DNA of 64,000 nt from Trueperaceae bacterium (GTDB taxonomy: Bacteria; Deinococcota; Deinococci; Deinococcales; Trueperaceae): positions 96,001 to 160,000 of the forward strand of contig JAXHLW010000001.1 in NCBI GenBank assembly GCA_034521815.1, in the 5' to 3' direction. Under the pieces are notes generated by a model. That model worked only from the letters and a program-made list of their open reading frames with translations. It was not told the origin of the DNA and made no database searches. Shown here piece by piece: positions 63,718 through 64,000 of this stretch (positions are counted from its first letter, which is position 1; every line of letters begins with the position of its first letter). Both the position numbers and the translations under genes were made by a program.

Positions 63718-64000
63718 CGTCGTCCTTCCCGACATCCTGGCCATGGATCCTGTTCGGGACCACCAGCGCATCGGCCGACTGTCGGCCTCGGTGGACTTCC
63801 CCTGGGACACCCGGCGCGCGTACGAGCTGGCGCTTCTCAAGACCTTCGCCGTTCCGTCGTCGTCGCACCTGCTGGCCGGGACGGGCGAGTTCCTCGAGCG
63901 CACGGCGAAGAGGCACGACGACACCGTCGCCGTCATCGCGACGCTGGGGCTCGAAGGCTACGACAGTCCGCAAGGTCGCGAGGCGCTGCGCGCCATGAAC
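63707..64000 (+). CDS. Oxygenase MpaB/DUF2236-like family protein (partial, runs off the right edge)
   Basis: Not in the ORF track. Manual translation from GTG 63707: ...DFPWDTRRAYELALLKTFAVPSSSHLLAGTGEFLERTAKRHDDT... Confidence 0.75.
   Translation, partial: MRRSVVLPDILAMDPVRDHQRIGRLSASVDFPWDTRRAYELALLKTFAVPSSSHLLAGTGEFLERTAKRHDDTVAVIATLGLEGYDSPQGREALRAMN

Overview
Very GC-rich bacterial chromosomal DNA, most likely Deinococcota (Trueperaceae-like). This is inferred from Deinococcus/Thermus-type UvrB/UvrC, an ImuB/ImuY-small ORF-DnaE2 cassette, a Thermus-like sulfite oxidase/diheme cytochrome pair and many leaderless -10 promoters. I saw no rRNA, tRNA, CRISPR array, transposase or integrase. 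The main pattern is a dense DNA-repair neighbourhood over ~6.7-53 kb: ImuB-DUF6504-DnaE2, an SplB-like radical SAM protein, UvrB, a HerA-like ATPase, a proofreading-type PolA, SRAP (YedK/HMCES), UvrC, an MrfA/Hrq1-type DUF1998 helicase carrying an inserted HNH nuclease domain, MrfB, a SprT protease, a DnaQ-like exonuclease, a YhaN/YhaO (SbcCD-like) pair and AddB/AddA-like genes. It is flanked by a type III PKS-methyltransferase-FAD monooxygenase operon and a sulfite oxidase-cytochrome c-MOSC-moaA-moaE operon. Non-coding highlights: an orphan ~60-nt transcription unit (consensus promoter, two perfect 14-nt repeats, intrinsic terminator) at ~56.2 kb; a ~135-bp fold-back element inside the 3' end of imuB that covers the RBS upstream of dnaE2; and palindromic operators in front of imuB and an ArsR-DUF2087 gene. 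Three genes carry 1-bp frameshifts in G-runs or repeats, probably assembly errors. All family calls come from motif recognition by eye, not database searches.
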